Positions 1-10,607 of a stretch of 64,000 nucleotides of DNA are shown one piece after another. The number at the start of each line of letters is the position of its first letter. The first letter of the stretch is position 1. A program made the position numbers and the translations under genes. The stretch lies in contig CAXXMR010000012.1 of the NCBI GenBank assembly GCA_963663805.2, positions 384,001 to 448,000 of the forward strand, written 5' to 3'. The stretch is from Sedimentisphaerales bacterium (GTDB lineage: Bacteria > Planctomycetota > Phycisphaerae > Sedimentisphaerales > SM23-30). Below the pieces are notes generated by a model, which saw nothing but the letters and a program-made list of their open reading frames with translations, was not told the DNA's origin and did no database searches.

Positions 1-25
1 AAATATTAAATTCCTAAAATCTAAA

Positions 26-742
26 TTACAAGCCGCGACGCTTACGCAGCCAGCCAACCAAACCCATACCAAGGCTGCCAAGCAACAAAGCACCCGGAGC
101 GGGAATTGCCGCGACACCCATACCTGACGCACGCCATTGTCCGGGAATCTCACCATCCAGGGTGCCGGGAAGAATAAATGCATCAATGCTGGTTGTGCCA
201 AAATCCTGATTGGTGATAATGCTTATAGCTACACGGGAATTGGCTGTATCTACCGCGATGTCCATCCACATATCATCAGCGATTTCCGTACAGCCCCAGG
301 CACCCAGCTCCGCAAAGGTCGCTTTCAGATAATCAACGCCCGGCATGTCGCGGGCATCAAGTGCGAAATAGTCTGAAAAGACCCCAACGTTAGACAAAAA
401 ATTGAGAGTATGAGCTCTCACTTCAATCGCTAATTCCTGATTAGGATTGGCTACTGCCCAGGCAAATACATTTTCAGTGTCACTATATTCAAATGCGCCG
501 TAGAAAGCGAAGTTGCCGCTAATCGGATTGGCTATGCCGTCACCGCCGATTTCTTCGGTACTCAAGGTGCTGCCCATCACACTTGAAAAGGCGGTTCCGT
601 CCACAACCACATTATTGCCTGAGGCGTCGTAACTGAACCCGCCTTCAAGAACCGATGTGAACGGAACAAATTTCCAGTCAAGGCCCGCCATTGCCGGAGC
701 AACCAACAAGCCTACAATCATAACAACCGCTAACTTTTTCAT
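26..742 (-). CDS. PEP-CTERM-type sorting-domain surface protein
   Basis: N-terminal signal peptide (MKKLAVV...AMA); C-terminus IPAPG + hydrophobic helix + WLRKRRGL; GGAGG RBS upstream. Confidence 0.85.
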   Translation of the reverse strand: MKKLAVVMIVGLLVAPAMAGLDWKFVPFTSVLEGGFSYDASGNNVVVDGTAFSSVMGSTLSTEEIGGDGIANPISGNFAFYGAFEYSDTENVFAWAVANPNQELAIEVRAHTLNFLSNVGVFSDYFALDARDMPGVDYLKATFAELGAWGCTEIADDMWMDIAVDTANSRVAISIITNQDFGTTSIDAFILPGTLDGEIPGQWRASGMGVAAIPAPGALLLGSLGMGLVGWLRKRRGL

Positions 743-778
743 GGTTATACCTCCATTTGTGTGAAATAAGATTACCTT

Positions 779-1474
779 CTACAGCCCGCGACGCTTACGC
801 AGCCAGCCAACCAATCCCATACCCAAACCGCCCAGCAGGATCGCTCCTGGGGCTGGAACAACTTCGACTACGAAATCTTGGTAGCTCATGCTCTGTAGGG
901 CCAGAAGGTTAGCCTTGTCACCACTAAAATCAAAATCACTCAGCCAGTCACTGGCCAGAGCTACCGCGCCGGTAACGTTGCTGTTGGTACTACTATAAAC
1001 GTAGAAAGAGCCCGAACCTTCGGACAAACCCCATACGTCGTCGTAAACAATTTCCCATACCGCCAACTGAAATGCTGCGGCACTGATGTCATCATCAACT
1101 TCACTAATACGGGCCGCCCAAAGCTGGCGAATATAATCTGCTTTGACTATGCCCATGGCATTGCCGCCGGGACCATCCGGCTCAGGAGCGTCTTCCAGAT
1201 CTACAACTTCATAACTCTGAAATTGAGTGCTGCTCGGATCGGCTTCGATACAAAAACCCCAGCGAGGCAGAATCGGATCCTCTGACGGATCGAAATCCTT
1301 CATCTCAAAGTTATGAACACCAACCTTCATGTTGGAAATATTATAACTTGCTAACTGAACGTGCATACTTACTTCTGGCTCAACCTCGGTCAGTTTCAGC
1401 AAAAGTGTCGGGGCAGCGCCAGCTACGCCTGACATAAACACCAAAAACATCAACAATAAAATCAACTTCTTCAT
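779..1474 (-). CDS. PEP-CTERM-type protein with thioester-domain-like motifs
   Basis: Signal peptide MKKLILL...; FCIE, FQLAVW and YQD motifs; VPAPG-TM-WLRKRRGL tail; start moved to ATG 1474 behind AAAGGA. Confidence 0.85.
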   Translation of the reverse strand: MKKLILLLMFLVFMSGVAGAAPTLLLKLTEVEPEVSMHVQLASYNISNMKVGVHNFEMKDFDPSEDPILPRWGFCIEADPSSTQFQSYEVVDLEDAPEPDGPGGNAMGIVKADYIRQLWAARISEVDDDISAAAFQLAVWEIVYDDVWGLSEGSGSFYVYSSTNSNVTGAVALASDWLSDFDFSGDKANLLALQSMSYQDFVVEVVPAPGAILLGGLGMGLVGWLRKRRGL

Positions 1475-1575
1475 TTCTATTTTCCTTTCTAACAAATCCT
1501 TCTGTACTTCCACTACTTATACTTTTATGTACTACACCGACTCTTCCCTGGAGCCAGAACAAAACGATTATCTAA

Positions 1576-2295
1576 TTATAGACCTCGACGCCTACGCAGC
1601 CAGCCAACTAGACTCATACCCAGACCGCCCAGAAAAATCGCACCAGGTGCGGGAACTGACGGAGGGTAAAAGTTGTTGGTAACCCGAACAATCATGTCCT
1701 GAACATAATCACCAGCCTGGGGGTTCTCCAGATCGGTACCAACCCGCCAGAGATTCAGAACCATAATGTCATTATTGATGTAGCTTGCTCCACCAACAAT
1801 AGCGGCGTCAACGTATGCCTGGGCACCAGCGGTGAGTTCGCCGGAATCAGTGATTTCACCTTCCAGATACCAGAACGCCATCTGGTAGTTCTTGGCAATT
1901 GTGCTGCTGCTGTTACCGCTGCCGTCGATACCGTAGTTCGTGACAAAGTTGTCGAACAGCCAAGCGGATTCATTGCTGAGCGGATCAAAACCGCCGGTTG
2001 CACCGGTTAAACCACCCATAGTAGCGCTGTCACTGATACTCGCATCATATGTGCCTTTGCTGATATGCTCGTCAAATTCCAGACAAAAAGTTGCGAAACT
2101 GCCGGCGACAGGCTGAATTGCATAACCCTCAAAGCCAGAGACAGTGAAGTTCATTTGCCCGGCATAATAACCATTATAAGTGCCGGTTGGTGAAACGCCG
2201 GTGAAGGTTACAGTGGGATTGGCCCAGGCCCCGGAAACTGCCACAAACAAAAGCAGTAAAACGGCAATACTTGATTTCTTAACTACATCATTCAT
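1576..2295 (-). CDS. PEP-CTERM-type protein with thioester-domain-like motifs
   Basis: Signal peptide; FCLE, YQMAFW and VQD motifs; VPAPG-TM-WLRRRRGL tail; AAGGAG RBS. Confidence 0.85.
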   Translation of the reverse strand: MNDVVKKSSIAVLLLLFVAVSGAWANPTVTFTGVSPTGTYNGYYAGQMNFTVSGFEGYAIQPVAGSFATFCLEFDEHISKGTYDASISDSATMGGLTGATGGFDPLSNESAWLFDNFVTNYGIDGSGNSSSTIAKNYQMAFWYLEGEITDSGELTAGAQAYVDAAIVGGASYINNDIMVLNLWRVGTDLENPQAGDYVQDMIVRVTNNFYPPSVPAPGAIFLGGLGMSLVGWLRRRRGL

Positions 2296-2354
2296 TAATA
2301 TTACTCCTTGGTACTACAAATTTCTAAATTTTGGTTTTCGCTCCACCACGGGCT

Positions 2355-3239
2355 TTACAAATTACACCCTGTTGGGAGCATAAAATAACTCCGGCCAATT
2401 ACGGGCACGCACCCGCAAGACCATATTACTCTCAAGCCAAAACCCGGGAGGGCTCTCTCGAGACTGTCCACATTGATAAGGTAGGATAAAAGTGGAGAGA
2501 GTTCCGCTTTTCCCGTGGGGATACGGGACTGCGAAAAATATGAAATCCTGTCAGCCAGAACAGCCCACAGGGTAATAAGCCAATTCGATTCAGATGTGCG
2601 TAAACCCCAACTGCCTGTATCCAGACGGTTGCGGCCTACGGATTGTGCCCCCTCGATGTTGTGTCCCCCGGCTGCCCTTCCCTCGCTATCAGCCAGACGG
2701 TGTAACATCCCTACATAGGATACAATATCAAAACGACCTTCAGGGCAATCCTGTTCTACCTGACTGCTAAAATGACGTTGCAGTACCGACGTTGACAGTA
2801 TTGCCCATCTGTCCCCCAGACGCCGGCCCAACTCAGGAAGGTATTCGACCCCCGATCGGCCCAAAGATGAAACCTGAACCATCAGGGACATTATCAGCCG
2901 ACGCTCACGGAAGGTTACGACAATCAGAAATCCCAGCAGGCCCAATAATAAGGTACTAGGCAAAGCCGGAACCACCCAACCAGCCAATTTTGAATTTGAA
3001 GAAATTATTTTGGGCTCAAGAAGCCCCCGGCCAACTGCCGATAAAGGCGATACGGTGGGGTTTGTAGAAATATCTTCCCCAACAGTAATTCCCATACCCG
3101 AATCATCGGATATTACCGCCACAGAGAAAACTGAATCTAACTCCGACCTGTCATAAATGCACGCAGGAGAAGCTAACGCACTGGAACTTGCCCAGAACGA
3201 TAAAAGCGCAACCAGTATCTTTAGTAATCTCCTGTCCAA
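2355..3239 (-). CDS. Hypothetical membrane protein with an internal PEP-CTERM-like motif
   Basis: 294-aa ORF with signal peptide and internal VPALPS-TM-FRERR; first gene of the PEP-CTERM cluster; GGAG upstream of the TTG start. Confidence 0.55.
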   Translation of the reverse strand: MDRRLLKILVALLSFWASSSALASPACIYDRSELDSVFSVAVISDDSGMGITVGEDISTNPTVSPLSAVGRGLLEPKIISSNSKLAGWVVPALPSTLLLGLLGFLIVVTFRERRLIMSLMVQVSSLGRSGVEYLPELGRRLGDRWAILSTSVLQRHFSSQVEQDCPEGRFDIVSYVGMLHRLADSEGRAAGGHNIEGAQSVGRNRLDTGSWGLRTSESNWLITLWAVLADRISYFSQSRIPTGKAELSPLLSYLINVDSLERALPGFGLRVIWSCGCVPVIGRSYFMLPTGCNL

Positions 3240-3943
3240 GTCTTCTCCCAGTCCGCTTGGAGCGATAACCCCTTCTGAGGGCTATAGTTAATAAATTATA
3301 TCGAAAACGCTGCTTAGCAGCCGCAAAAATCCTACACCTTCCGAGGACCATTGGTATACGCCCTTAACATCCCGAAAAAGTGACAATATTAGTAAAATTC
3401 AGAAACGCCCGACTGGACATCAGCCAGAAACAGCTCAAAAACTGTCCATACTGGCTAGTAAGAATTTCACAACTTGCTATAGATTACCGAAACCAGATAG
3501 GCTTGTCTATCGTGGTAAATACGGTATTTTGCCAAAAAAATATTTTCTCCAATTTTCTCAACATCCTGTTATCGTCAGGATACAAACCCTCATCCAGTTA
3601 CTTTCCTGAATTATACTCTGGGCTCACCAAAAAATCAAGCTCAATCGGCAAAATCATAGAATTTCTTTATAAAAAATTTAGAAAATCAGCCCAATATCTT
3701 CATAATCTGCTTTCCGGAAAGCTTTATAGTCAAATATGTTATATTATAGGTCGTAAAATCAGAGACTTCTTAGCCCATCAACCCCCGCCAACAGTATTCT
3801 TGCATCCGTATAAGGATTTTTGCCGAAGATTTTGTGCAATCTGCCAAATTGGCATGGTTTTGGGGACGTATATTTGAGTTATATTTGTCAATTGTTGCTG
3901 TAAAGCATTACAAGATAATGTTTTATGTGTTGCATTGGCGGTT

Positions 3944-3959
3944 TGGCACAAATCTTGCT
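3944..3959 (+). promoter_or_regulatory. sigma54 (-24/-12) promoter of clpB
   Basis: TGGCAC-AAATC-TTGCT matches TGGCAC-N5-TTGCW, ~70 bp upstream of the clpB ATG; palindrome TGCCA-AAT-TGGCA at 3842-3854. Confidence 0.7.
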
Positions 3960-4028
3960 TTACCTAAATTAACGTGAGACCTGACTACTTTAGGGCAAGC
4001 CCGCTATGGATAGAAACGGAGCATCAAT

Positions 4029-6617
4029 ATGAGATTGGAAAAACTTACCGTTAGAGCTCAGCAGGCCTTAGCTGCCGCTCAGGAATCAGCCCAGACCGCC
4101 GGGCATTCCACCATCACTCCATTGCACTTATTGAATAGCCTGGTTGGAGAGGACGACGGCGGGCTCATCGCTCCCTTGCTGGGGAAGGTTGGCATCGATC
4201 TGACCCAGCTTCGTTCGATGGTTCATAGTGAACTGGGGCGGCTGCCCAAGGTCAGCGGAGGCACAGCCCGGATAGTCACCGATCCCCAACTAAATCAGGT
4301 GCTCGGCCAAGCCCAGAAGGAAGCACAAAATCTCAAGGATGAATATCTCAGCACCGAGCATTTGCTTTTAGCATTGTTGGAAGTCAAGAGTACCGCCCAG
4401 GAGATAATGACGGTAAACGCCCTCAAAAGAGAGGATGTCGAAGCCGCCCTCAAGGAAATTCGTGGCGACCGGCGGGTAATGGACCAGAACCCCGAAGAAA
4501 AATACCAGGCTTTACAGCGTTTCGGTATTGACCTTATTGAATTAGCCCGGTCCGGCAAACTCGACCCGGTCATTGGCCGGGATGATGAAGTCCGGCGTTG
4601 TATGCAGGTTCTCAGTCGGCGTACCAAAAACAACCCTGTGCTTATCGGCGAACCAGGTGTCGGCAAGACCGCGATTGTTGAAGGTCTTGCCCAGCGAATT
4701 GTCAACGGCGACGTTCCTACCGGCCTGAAAGACAAACGCGTAATTTCCCTGGATATGGGCGCACTTATTGCCGGGGCTAAATACCGTGGTGAATTTGAAG
4801 ACAGACTAAAGGCCGTGCTCAAAGATGTTACCGATTCCGACGGCCAGGTTATTCTTTTCATTGACGAACTTCATCTGGTAGTCGGTGCCGGCAAAGCCGA
4901 AGGCGCTGTCGATGCCGGTAATCTGCTCAAGCCCGCCCTGGCACGTGGCCAACTCCGTTGCATTGGCGCAACCACGCTCGACGAATACCGCGAACATATC
5001 GAAAAAGACGCGGCCCTGGAACGCCGCTTCCAGCCTATCGTCGTCGAAGAGCCCTCCGTTGAAGATACCATCGCTATTCTACGCGGCCTCAAACCTCGCT
5101 ACGATACTCACCACGGCGTGCGTATCACCGATGCCGCGCTGGTCTCCGCGGCAACTTTGAGCCACCGTTATATCACTGGTCGCTTCCTGCCTGACAAAGC
5201 CATCGACCTCATCGACGAAGCAGCCTCACGTTTGCGTATAGAAAATGATTCACTGCCCAGCGAGCTGGACGAACTTCGCCGCCGTATCGTGCAGTTGCAG
5301 ATTGAACGGGAAGCCCTCAAAAAGGAAACCGACGAAGGTTCTCGCGACCGACTCGAAAAGCTCCAGAAACAGCTTGCCGACCTGGAGGAAAAAAACCGTG
5401 CCCTTACCACGCAGTGGGAAAAAGAGGTCGGCTCGCTGCGGGACATCAAGTCTTTACAGGAACAGCTCGACTCCGCCAAAAATCAATTTGACGAAGCCCA
5501 GCGTAACGGCGATCTCGAAACCGCTGCCCGGCTGCGCTATGAAACCATGCGAAATCTCGAATCACAGATTGCCGAAAAGGAGTCATTCTACGACGCCCAG
5601 AACGGAAATCGGCTGGTTAAGGAAGAAGTCACCTCCGATGAAATCGCCGAGGTTGTTGCCAAGTGGACCGGCATACCCGTTTCACGCCTGATGACCGGCG
5701 AGCAGGAAAAACTGCTGCACATGGAAGACAATCTTCGTAAACGTGTTGTCGGTCAGGACCAAGGCGTTCGCGCGGTTTGCGATGCCATCCGCCGCGCCCG
5801 CGCCGGGCTGGGCGACCCTAATCGTCCCATCGGCAGTTTCATGTTCCTCGGCCCAACCGGTGTTGGTAAAACTGAACTTGCCCGTGCTTTGGCTGAGTTT
5901 ATGTTCAATGACGAGAACGCCATGATTCGCATCGACATGAGTGAATACATGGAAGCCCACAGCGTTTCGCGTTTAATTGGTGCCCCTCCCGGATACGTCG
6001 GCTACGAAGAAGGCGGACGTTTAACCGAAGCCGTACGCCGTCGCCCTTATTGTGTCATTCTCCTGGACGAACTGGAAAAAGCCCATCGCGACGTTTTCAA
6101 TGTACTGCTGCAAGTACTCGACGACGGCAGATTGACTGACGGACACGGACGCACCGTTGATTTCAAAAATACCGTCATCATCATGACCAGCAATATCGCC
6201 GGGGCCCATATACAGAAACTTTCCGAGCAGGAAGGGGCCGACTGGGAAATTGAAGCCCACGTCAAGGAAGTACTCAAACAGGCATTCCGACCCGAATTCC
6301 TCAATCGGCTCGACGAAACCATCGTCTTCCATCCCCTGGGCCGCGACCAGCTCCGCTCGATTGTCGATATCCAGCTGCGCTATCTCCACAAACGCCTGGC
6401 CCAACGAAACCTCTTGCTTGAGGTCACCGACAACGCCAAAGACCTGCTCCTCCAAGAAGGCTACGACCCCGCCTACGGCGCCCGTCCCTTAAAACGAGCC
6501 ATCCAGCAGAAAATCGAAAACCCCCTGGCCCAGCTCATACTTGCCGGAAAGTTCATCGAAAACGATACTATCAACATAGACGCCGACCAGCATAGTTTCC
6601 ATTTCGAGAAAGCATAG
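4029..6617 (+). CDS. clpB: ATP-dependent chaperone ClpB
   Basis: Clp N domain, two Walker A motifs ([16 protein letters not shown]), coiled-coil middle domain, PPGYVGY pore loop. Confidence 0.97.
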   Translation: MRLEKLTVRAQQALAAAQESAQTAGHSTITPLHLLNSLVGEDDGGLIAPLLGKVGIDLTQLRSMVHSELGRLPKVSGGTARIVTDPQLNQVLGQAQKEAQNLKDEYLSTEHLLLALLEVKSTAQEIMTVNALKREDVEAALKEIRGDRRVMDQNPEEKYQALQRFGIDLIELARSGKLDPVIGRDDEVRRCMQVLSRRTKNNPVLIGEPGVGKTAIVEGLAQRIVNGDVPTGLKDKRVISLDMGALIAGAKYRGEFEDRLKAVLKDVTDSDGQVILFIDELHLVVGAGKAEGAVDAGNLLKPALARGQLRCIGATTLDEYREHIEKDAALERRFQPIVVEEPSVEDTIAILRGLKPRYDTHHGVRITDAALVSAATLSHRYITGRFLPDKAIDLIDEAASRLRIENDSLPSELDELRRRIVQLQIEREALKKETDEGSRDRLEKLQKQLADLEEKNRALTTQWEKEVGSLRDIKSLQEQLDSAKNQFDEAQRNGDLETAARLRYETMRNLESQIAEKESFYDAQNGNRLVKEEVTSDEIAEVVAKWTGIPVSRLMTGEQEKLLHMEDNLRKRVVGQDQGVRAVCDAIRRARAGLGDPNRPIGSFMFLGPTGVGKTELARALAEFMFNDENAMIRIDMSEYMEAHSVSRLIGAPPGYVGYEEGGRLTEAVRRRPYCVILLDELEKAHRDVFNVLLQVLDDGRLTDGHGRTVDFKNTVIIMTSNIAGAHIQKLSEQEGADWEIEAHVKEVLKQAFRPEFLNRLDETIVFHPLGRDQLRSIVDIQLRYLHKRLAQRNLLLEVTDNAKDLLLQEGYDPAYGARPLKRAIQQKIENPLAQLILAGKFIENDTINIDADQHSFHFEKA

Positions 6618-6633
6618 GACTTTCTCTCAATAT

Positions 6634-7059
6634 CTAACCGCCGCCCTTAACCCGAAACGCGCTTTCCCAGTGCCGGACAGTGACTTTCCCTTTTACAGGC
6701 CGAACCAACACGACCACATCAAAGCGGCACACGCACTTTTCCAGTTGCCTCTGTCGGATAAAATCTTTCGCCGCCCGTTCGATTCGTAACTGTTTGCCGT
6801 AATTAACCGCCGATTCTCCGCTCGCGAAATCTTCGCTGGTACGGGTTTTGACTTCCACAAACACGACAACGCCCCTCCGCCGCATTATCAAATCCACTTC
6901 GCCGCGTCTGGTGGCGTAATTTCGTTTTATAAGTTTATAGCCCCGCCGCTTCAGATATTTCTCGGCCTTCTTTTCGCCCCACCTGCCCAACCGGGCTTTA
7001 GGGGCGGTCTCTGCCCTGCCCCGCCTGAGCCCCAGAATCGTCAGCAACCGTTCCAACAT
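6634..7059 (-). CDS. yraN: YraN family (UPF0102) endonuclease-like protein
   Basis: LGRWGE...GEVDLI...VFVEVKTR...CRFDVV motifs. Confidence 0.9.
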   Translation of the reverse strand: MLERLLTILGLRRGRAETAPKARLGRWGEKKAEKYLKRRGYKLIKRNYATRRGEVDLIMRRRGVVVFVEVKTRTSEDFASGESAVNYGKQLRIERAAKDFIRQRQLEKCVCRFDVVVLVRPVKGKVTVRHWESAFRVKGGG

Positions 7060-7072
7060 ACCTGCCCCTGAC

Positions 7073-7107
7073 AAAAAACACGCGGACGGCGCATAACGAC
7101 CGTCCGC
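7073..7107 (-). terminator. Intrinsic terminator after rplS
   Basis: GCGGACGG...CCGTCCGC hairpin followed by a T-run on the minus strand. Confidence 0.65.
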
Positions 7108-7165
7108 TTATCTTGTCGCCCATAAAAATCAGGCCTGATATTCGTTTTGAAAGAGCCTGTCGGCT

Positions 7166-7534
7166 TTATTTCTTGCCAACCCATTTCTCACGCAGACGAA
7201 CCGATTTGCCGGTACGCTGACGCAGGAAATAGAGCTTGCTGCGGCGGGTAAAACCGCTGCGAACCACGTCAACCTTCGCAACGTTGGGCGAATTTACCGG
7301 GAAGATACGCTCAACACCTTCGTTGTTCACGATACGACGGACCGTAAACACTTCGTTGATGCCGCTGCCCTTCCGGGAAATGACCGTGCCGTTGAACACC
7401 TGGACGCGGTGCTTGTTGCCTTCAACGATCTTGACATGCACATCGACCGTATCGCCAATCTGGAACGAAGGCTTATCAGCCTTCATGTGCGAGCTCTCAA
7501 CCGCCGCCATAATTTCTGTTGCATTACTTAACAT
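7166..7534 (-). CDS. rplS: 50S ribosomal protein L19
   Basis: FQIGDTVDVHVKIVEG...GVERIFP...KLYFLR; CAGGAG RBS before ATG 7534. Confidence 0.96.
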   Translation of the reverse strand: MLSNATEIMAAVESSHMKADKPSFQIGDTVDVHVKIVEGNKHRVQVFNGTVISRKGSGINEVFTVRRIVNNEGVERIFPVNSPNVAKVDVVRSGFTRRSKLYFLRQRTGKSVRLREKWVGKK

Positions 7535-7639
7535 AACAAACTCCTGTTCTATTCCGCTTTCTGTATTTCTAATTAACTTTTGCAAAATGACAATTTGGCA
7601 AAACTCCAGTTTCTAGCTTTTCTTTGCCGTTGTCTGTTC

Positions 7640-8329
7640 TTATCTCTTATGTCTGTCATTCAAATCAGGCCGTTTCCGCTCCGTCCTCTCCACAGCCTGC
7701 TCGTGCCGCCACTGCCGAATCTTCTCGTGGTTGCCGCTAAGCAATATCTCCGGCACTGTCATCCCGCGAAACTCTGCCGGACGCGTATATTGCGGATATT
7801 CCAGCAGGTCATGGCTGAACGATTCTTCCTTGCTCGAATCATCATCACCCAGGACACCGGGCAGAAGACGAATCAGCGAATCAATCAAAACCAGCGCCGG
7901 TATCTCGCCGCCGCTCAGCACATAATCACCGACAGACACTTCCATCGTCGCCAGCTCCGTGCGAATCCGCTCATCAAACCCTTCGTAATGACCCGCGATA
8001 AGAACCAACCGTTTTTTTGTCGATAGTTCCGTCGCTAATTTCTGGTCATACTTACGGCCCTGCGGCGTCAATAAAACCACCTCATCAACTGCCGGGCCTT
8101 TGCTGGTGACATCTTCAACTGCCGCAAACATTGGTTCGCACATCAGCACCATGCCGGGACCGCCGCCGTAGGGTTTGTCATCAACACTGCGGTGTTTGTC
8201 CGTGGCGTAATCGCGGAAATTTGTCAGGGTCACGCTGGCCAGCCCCTTTTCCAGGGCTCGTTTGACAATCGATTCGCCAAGTACGCCCGCGAACATCTCC
8301 GGAAAAAGTGTCAGCACATCAATATGCAT
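7640..8329 (-). CDS. trmD: tRNA (guanine-N1)-methyltransferase
   Basis: DDKPYGGGPGM, GHYEGFDER, SVGDYVLSGGE, LLEYPQYTRP. Confidence 0.97.
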   Translation of the reverse strand: MHIDVLTLFPEMFAGVLGESIVKRALEKGLASVTLTNFRDYATDKHRSVDDKPYGGGPGMVLMCEPMFAAVEDVTSKGPAVDEVVLLTPQGRKYDQKLATELSTKKRLVLIAGHYEGFDERIRTELATMEVSVGDYVLSGGEIPALVLIDSLIRLLPGVLGDDDSSKEESFSHDLLEYPQYTRPAEFRGMTVPEILLSGNHEKIRQWRHEQAVERTERKRPDLNDRHKR

Positions 8330-8375
8330 TCAAAAACACCTTTCCATCTGTCCTGCGGACCAGAAAACATCGGGC

Positions 8376-8630
8376 TTAGCCCTTGAATTCCACACCCTGC
8401 TTCTTGAGCAGATTACGAACCGTATCGCTGGCCTGGGCGCCCTGGCTGAGCCAGTGCTTTACGCGGTCAATCTTGACCGACACCTGCTTGGCTTCATCTT
8501 TTTCGATGGGGTCATAAAAGCCCAGCTCTTCCAACACTCTGCCGTCGCGAGGGTTACGGGTTTCCATAGCGCTAATGCGATAGAACGGACGATGCCGTCT
8601 TCCCAGTCTCTTGAGTCTAAGTTTTACCAC
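8376..8630 (-). CDS. rpsP: 30S ribosomal protein S16
   Basis: MVKLRLKRLG...PFYRI...RDGRVLEELGFYDP. Confidence 0.97.
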   Translation of the reverse strand: MVKLRLKRLGRRHRPFYRISAMETRNPRDGRVLEELGFYDPIEKDEAKQVSVKIDRVKHWLSQGAQASDTVRNLLKKQGVEFKG

Positions 8631-8665
8631 TCTGAAAGTCTCCTAATCAAATTCTGCTGCCAGCC

Positions 8666-8962
8666 TTACTTACGGGCCAGCACATAACCATTTATAAAAA
8701 TGCCCACATTACCAACATCAGCCTGGGCACGTTGGGCTATATCATTAATGTCATCGTCGTCCAGCTTTTCGGGACGCTCTTTTTCAATTTCAGTCATGGC
8801 TTCTACCGCCCGACGAAAATCGTCATATTCTTCTTCGCTCGGTGCTGCCAGCATGGCCAGCTCGGCGGTGCCTTTGGTATCCCGAAACTGTTTTCGGAAC
8901 CTCATACCAAAACTCTGGTTACGGCATCTGCCGACCTGAGACAAATATTGCTCAATTGTCAT
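8666..8962 (-). CDS. Stand-alone Ffh/SRP54 M-domain-like protein
   Basis: Aligns by eye along its whole length with the C-terminal M domain of the adjacent Ffh (AMTEIEKERPEKLD vs [14 protein letters not shown]); AGAGG RBS. Confidence 0.65.
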   Translation of the reverse strand: MTIEQYLSQVGRCRNQSFGMRFRKQFRDTKGTAELAMLAAPSEEEYDDFRRAVEAMTEIEKERPEKLDDDDINDIAQRAQADVGNVGIFINGYVLARK

Positions 8963-8994
8963 CAGGACCACCTCTTTACACGCGAGCGCGTTCC

Positions 8995-10431
8995 TTATCT
9001 GCTCTTGCCCTTCTTGCGACGCGGGATTTTTTTACGCTTGGAGCGTTGTTTAACCTTCATTCCCGGTATGCCGCCGCCAGCACCGCCCATCGCGGCTAAA
9101 TCCATACTGCCCATTGACTTGAGAGCCTTCATCTTGCCCAAAGCACCCATGCCGCTAAAAGCCTTCATCATTTTTCGGGTCTGCATGAAGGTTTTTACCA
9201 GCCCGGAAACTTCCTGGGTTTGGGTGCCGCTGCCGCGGGCTATTCTTCGGCGGCGGGAGGAGTCGATAAGGTCGGGATCGCGGCGTTCTTCTTTGGTCAT
9301 GGAATGTATGATGGCTTCGACGTGCTTGAGTTCTTTGTCGTCTACGTTTAGGGCGTCGACCTGAGAACCCATGCCGGGGATGAGCTTCATCATGCTTTTC
9401 ATGCCGCCCATTTTTTTGACGCCCTGCATCTGTTTGAGGAAGTCATCGAAGGTAAATGACCCTTTGGCCATTTTTTCCTGCATTTTTTCGGCTTCTTCGA
9501 CGCTGAACTGCTCCTGGGCCTTCTCGACGAGTGAGACCACGTCGCCCATTCCTAAGATACGGCCTGCCATACGGTTAGGATGGAATTCTTCCAGAGCGTC
9601 CAGCTTTTCGCCGGTACCGATGAATTTGATTGGTTTGCCGGTTACGGCCTTGACCGACAGGGCCGCACCACCGCGGGCATCGCCGTCGAGCTTGGTGAGG
9701 ATAACACCGTCGATTTCGAGCTGGGTGTTGAATTCCTGGGCACTATTGACGGCATCCTGGCCGGTCATGGAGTCGCAAACGAGATAAATCTGGTGGGGAG
9801 TGACGGCCTTGCAGACATCGCGAAGCTCGCCCATGAGCTCCTGGTCGATGTGCAGTCGGCCAGCGGTGTCGAGAATGACGACATCATTATTATTCTTGCG
9901 GGCCTGACGAATGCCGTTTTGGGCAACGCCAACAGCGTTTTTGGAATCCTCGAAGTGGACCGGGATACTTAACTGCTGGCCCAGGGTTTTTAGCTGTTCG
10001 ATAGCGGCGGGACGCTGGAGGTCGTCGGCGACGAGCAAGGGGCGCTTGCCCTGCTTGGTGAGCAACTTGGCTAACTTGGCGGCGGTGGTGGTTTTACCAG
10101 AGCCTTGCAGGCCGGCGAGCATAATTACGGTCGGGCCGGGCGTGACATAATAAATTTTACTATCGACGGGACCCATGAGGTTGGTCAGTTCGTCGTTGAC
10201 GATTTTGACCATTAGCTGGTCGGGCTTGAGAGATTTGATGACTTCGGCACCGAGGGCCTTTTCGACTACGGAATCACAGAAGTCCTTGACAATCTTGTAG
10301 TTAACGTCGGCTTCGAGCAATGCGGTGCGGACCTCGCCCATGGCCTCGCGGATATTTGCTTCCGAAAGGCGACCACGGCCGCTCATGCTGCGGAAAACGT
10401 CGCTAAATTTATTTGTCAGGCTCTCAAACAA
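8995..10431 (-). CDS. ffh: Signal recognition particle protein Ffh
   Basis: [32 protein letters not shown], Met-rich M domain, [10 protein letters not shown]. Confidence 0.97.
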   Translation of the reverse strand: MFESLTNKFSDVFRSMSGRGRLSEANIREAMGEVRTALLEADVNYKIVKDFCDSVVEKALGAEVIKSLKPDQLMVKIVNDELTNLMGPVDSKIYYVTPGPTVIMLAGLQGSGKTTTAAKLAKLLTKQGKRPLLVADDLQRPAAIEQLKTLGQQLSIPVHFEDSKNAVGVAQNGIRQARKNNNDVVILDTAGRLHIDQELMGELRDVCKAVTPHQIYLVCDSMTGQDAVNSAQEFNTQLEIDGVILTKLDGDARGGAALSVKAVTGKPIKFIGTGEKLDALEEFHPNRMAGRILGMGDVVSLVEKAQEQFSVEEAEKMQEKMAKGSFTFDDFLKQMQGVKKMGGMKSMMKLIPGMGSQVDALNVDDKELKHVEAIIHSMTKEERRDPDLIDSSRRRRIARGSGTQTQEVSGLVKTFMQTRKMMKAFSGMGALGKMKALKSMGSMDLAAMGGAGGGIPGMKVKQRSKRKKIPRRKKGKSR

Positions 10432-10607
10432 ACGTCATAACTCCGGCGGCCCTGCAAAAACCGCATAGGTCTTTATATAAGAGATAGTTGCGCACAATAT
10501 CTCTATAAATATAGACCCGACATCATACTTGAAGGTGTGGCGGCTATGCAAGGGGAAAATCTGGGCAGGCAGGGATTTTCAATCGGATAACCACTTTCGC
10601 GGCGATT

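Noticed and set aside
3380..3877. 165-aa ORF upstream of clpB
   Set aside because: Lies in the AT-rich divergent promoter region; no RBS or motif; overlaps regulatory palindromes
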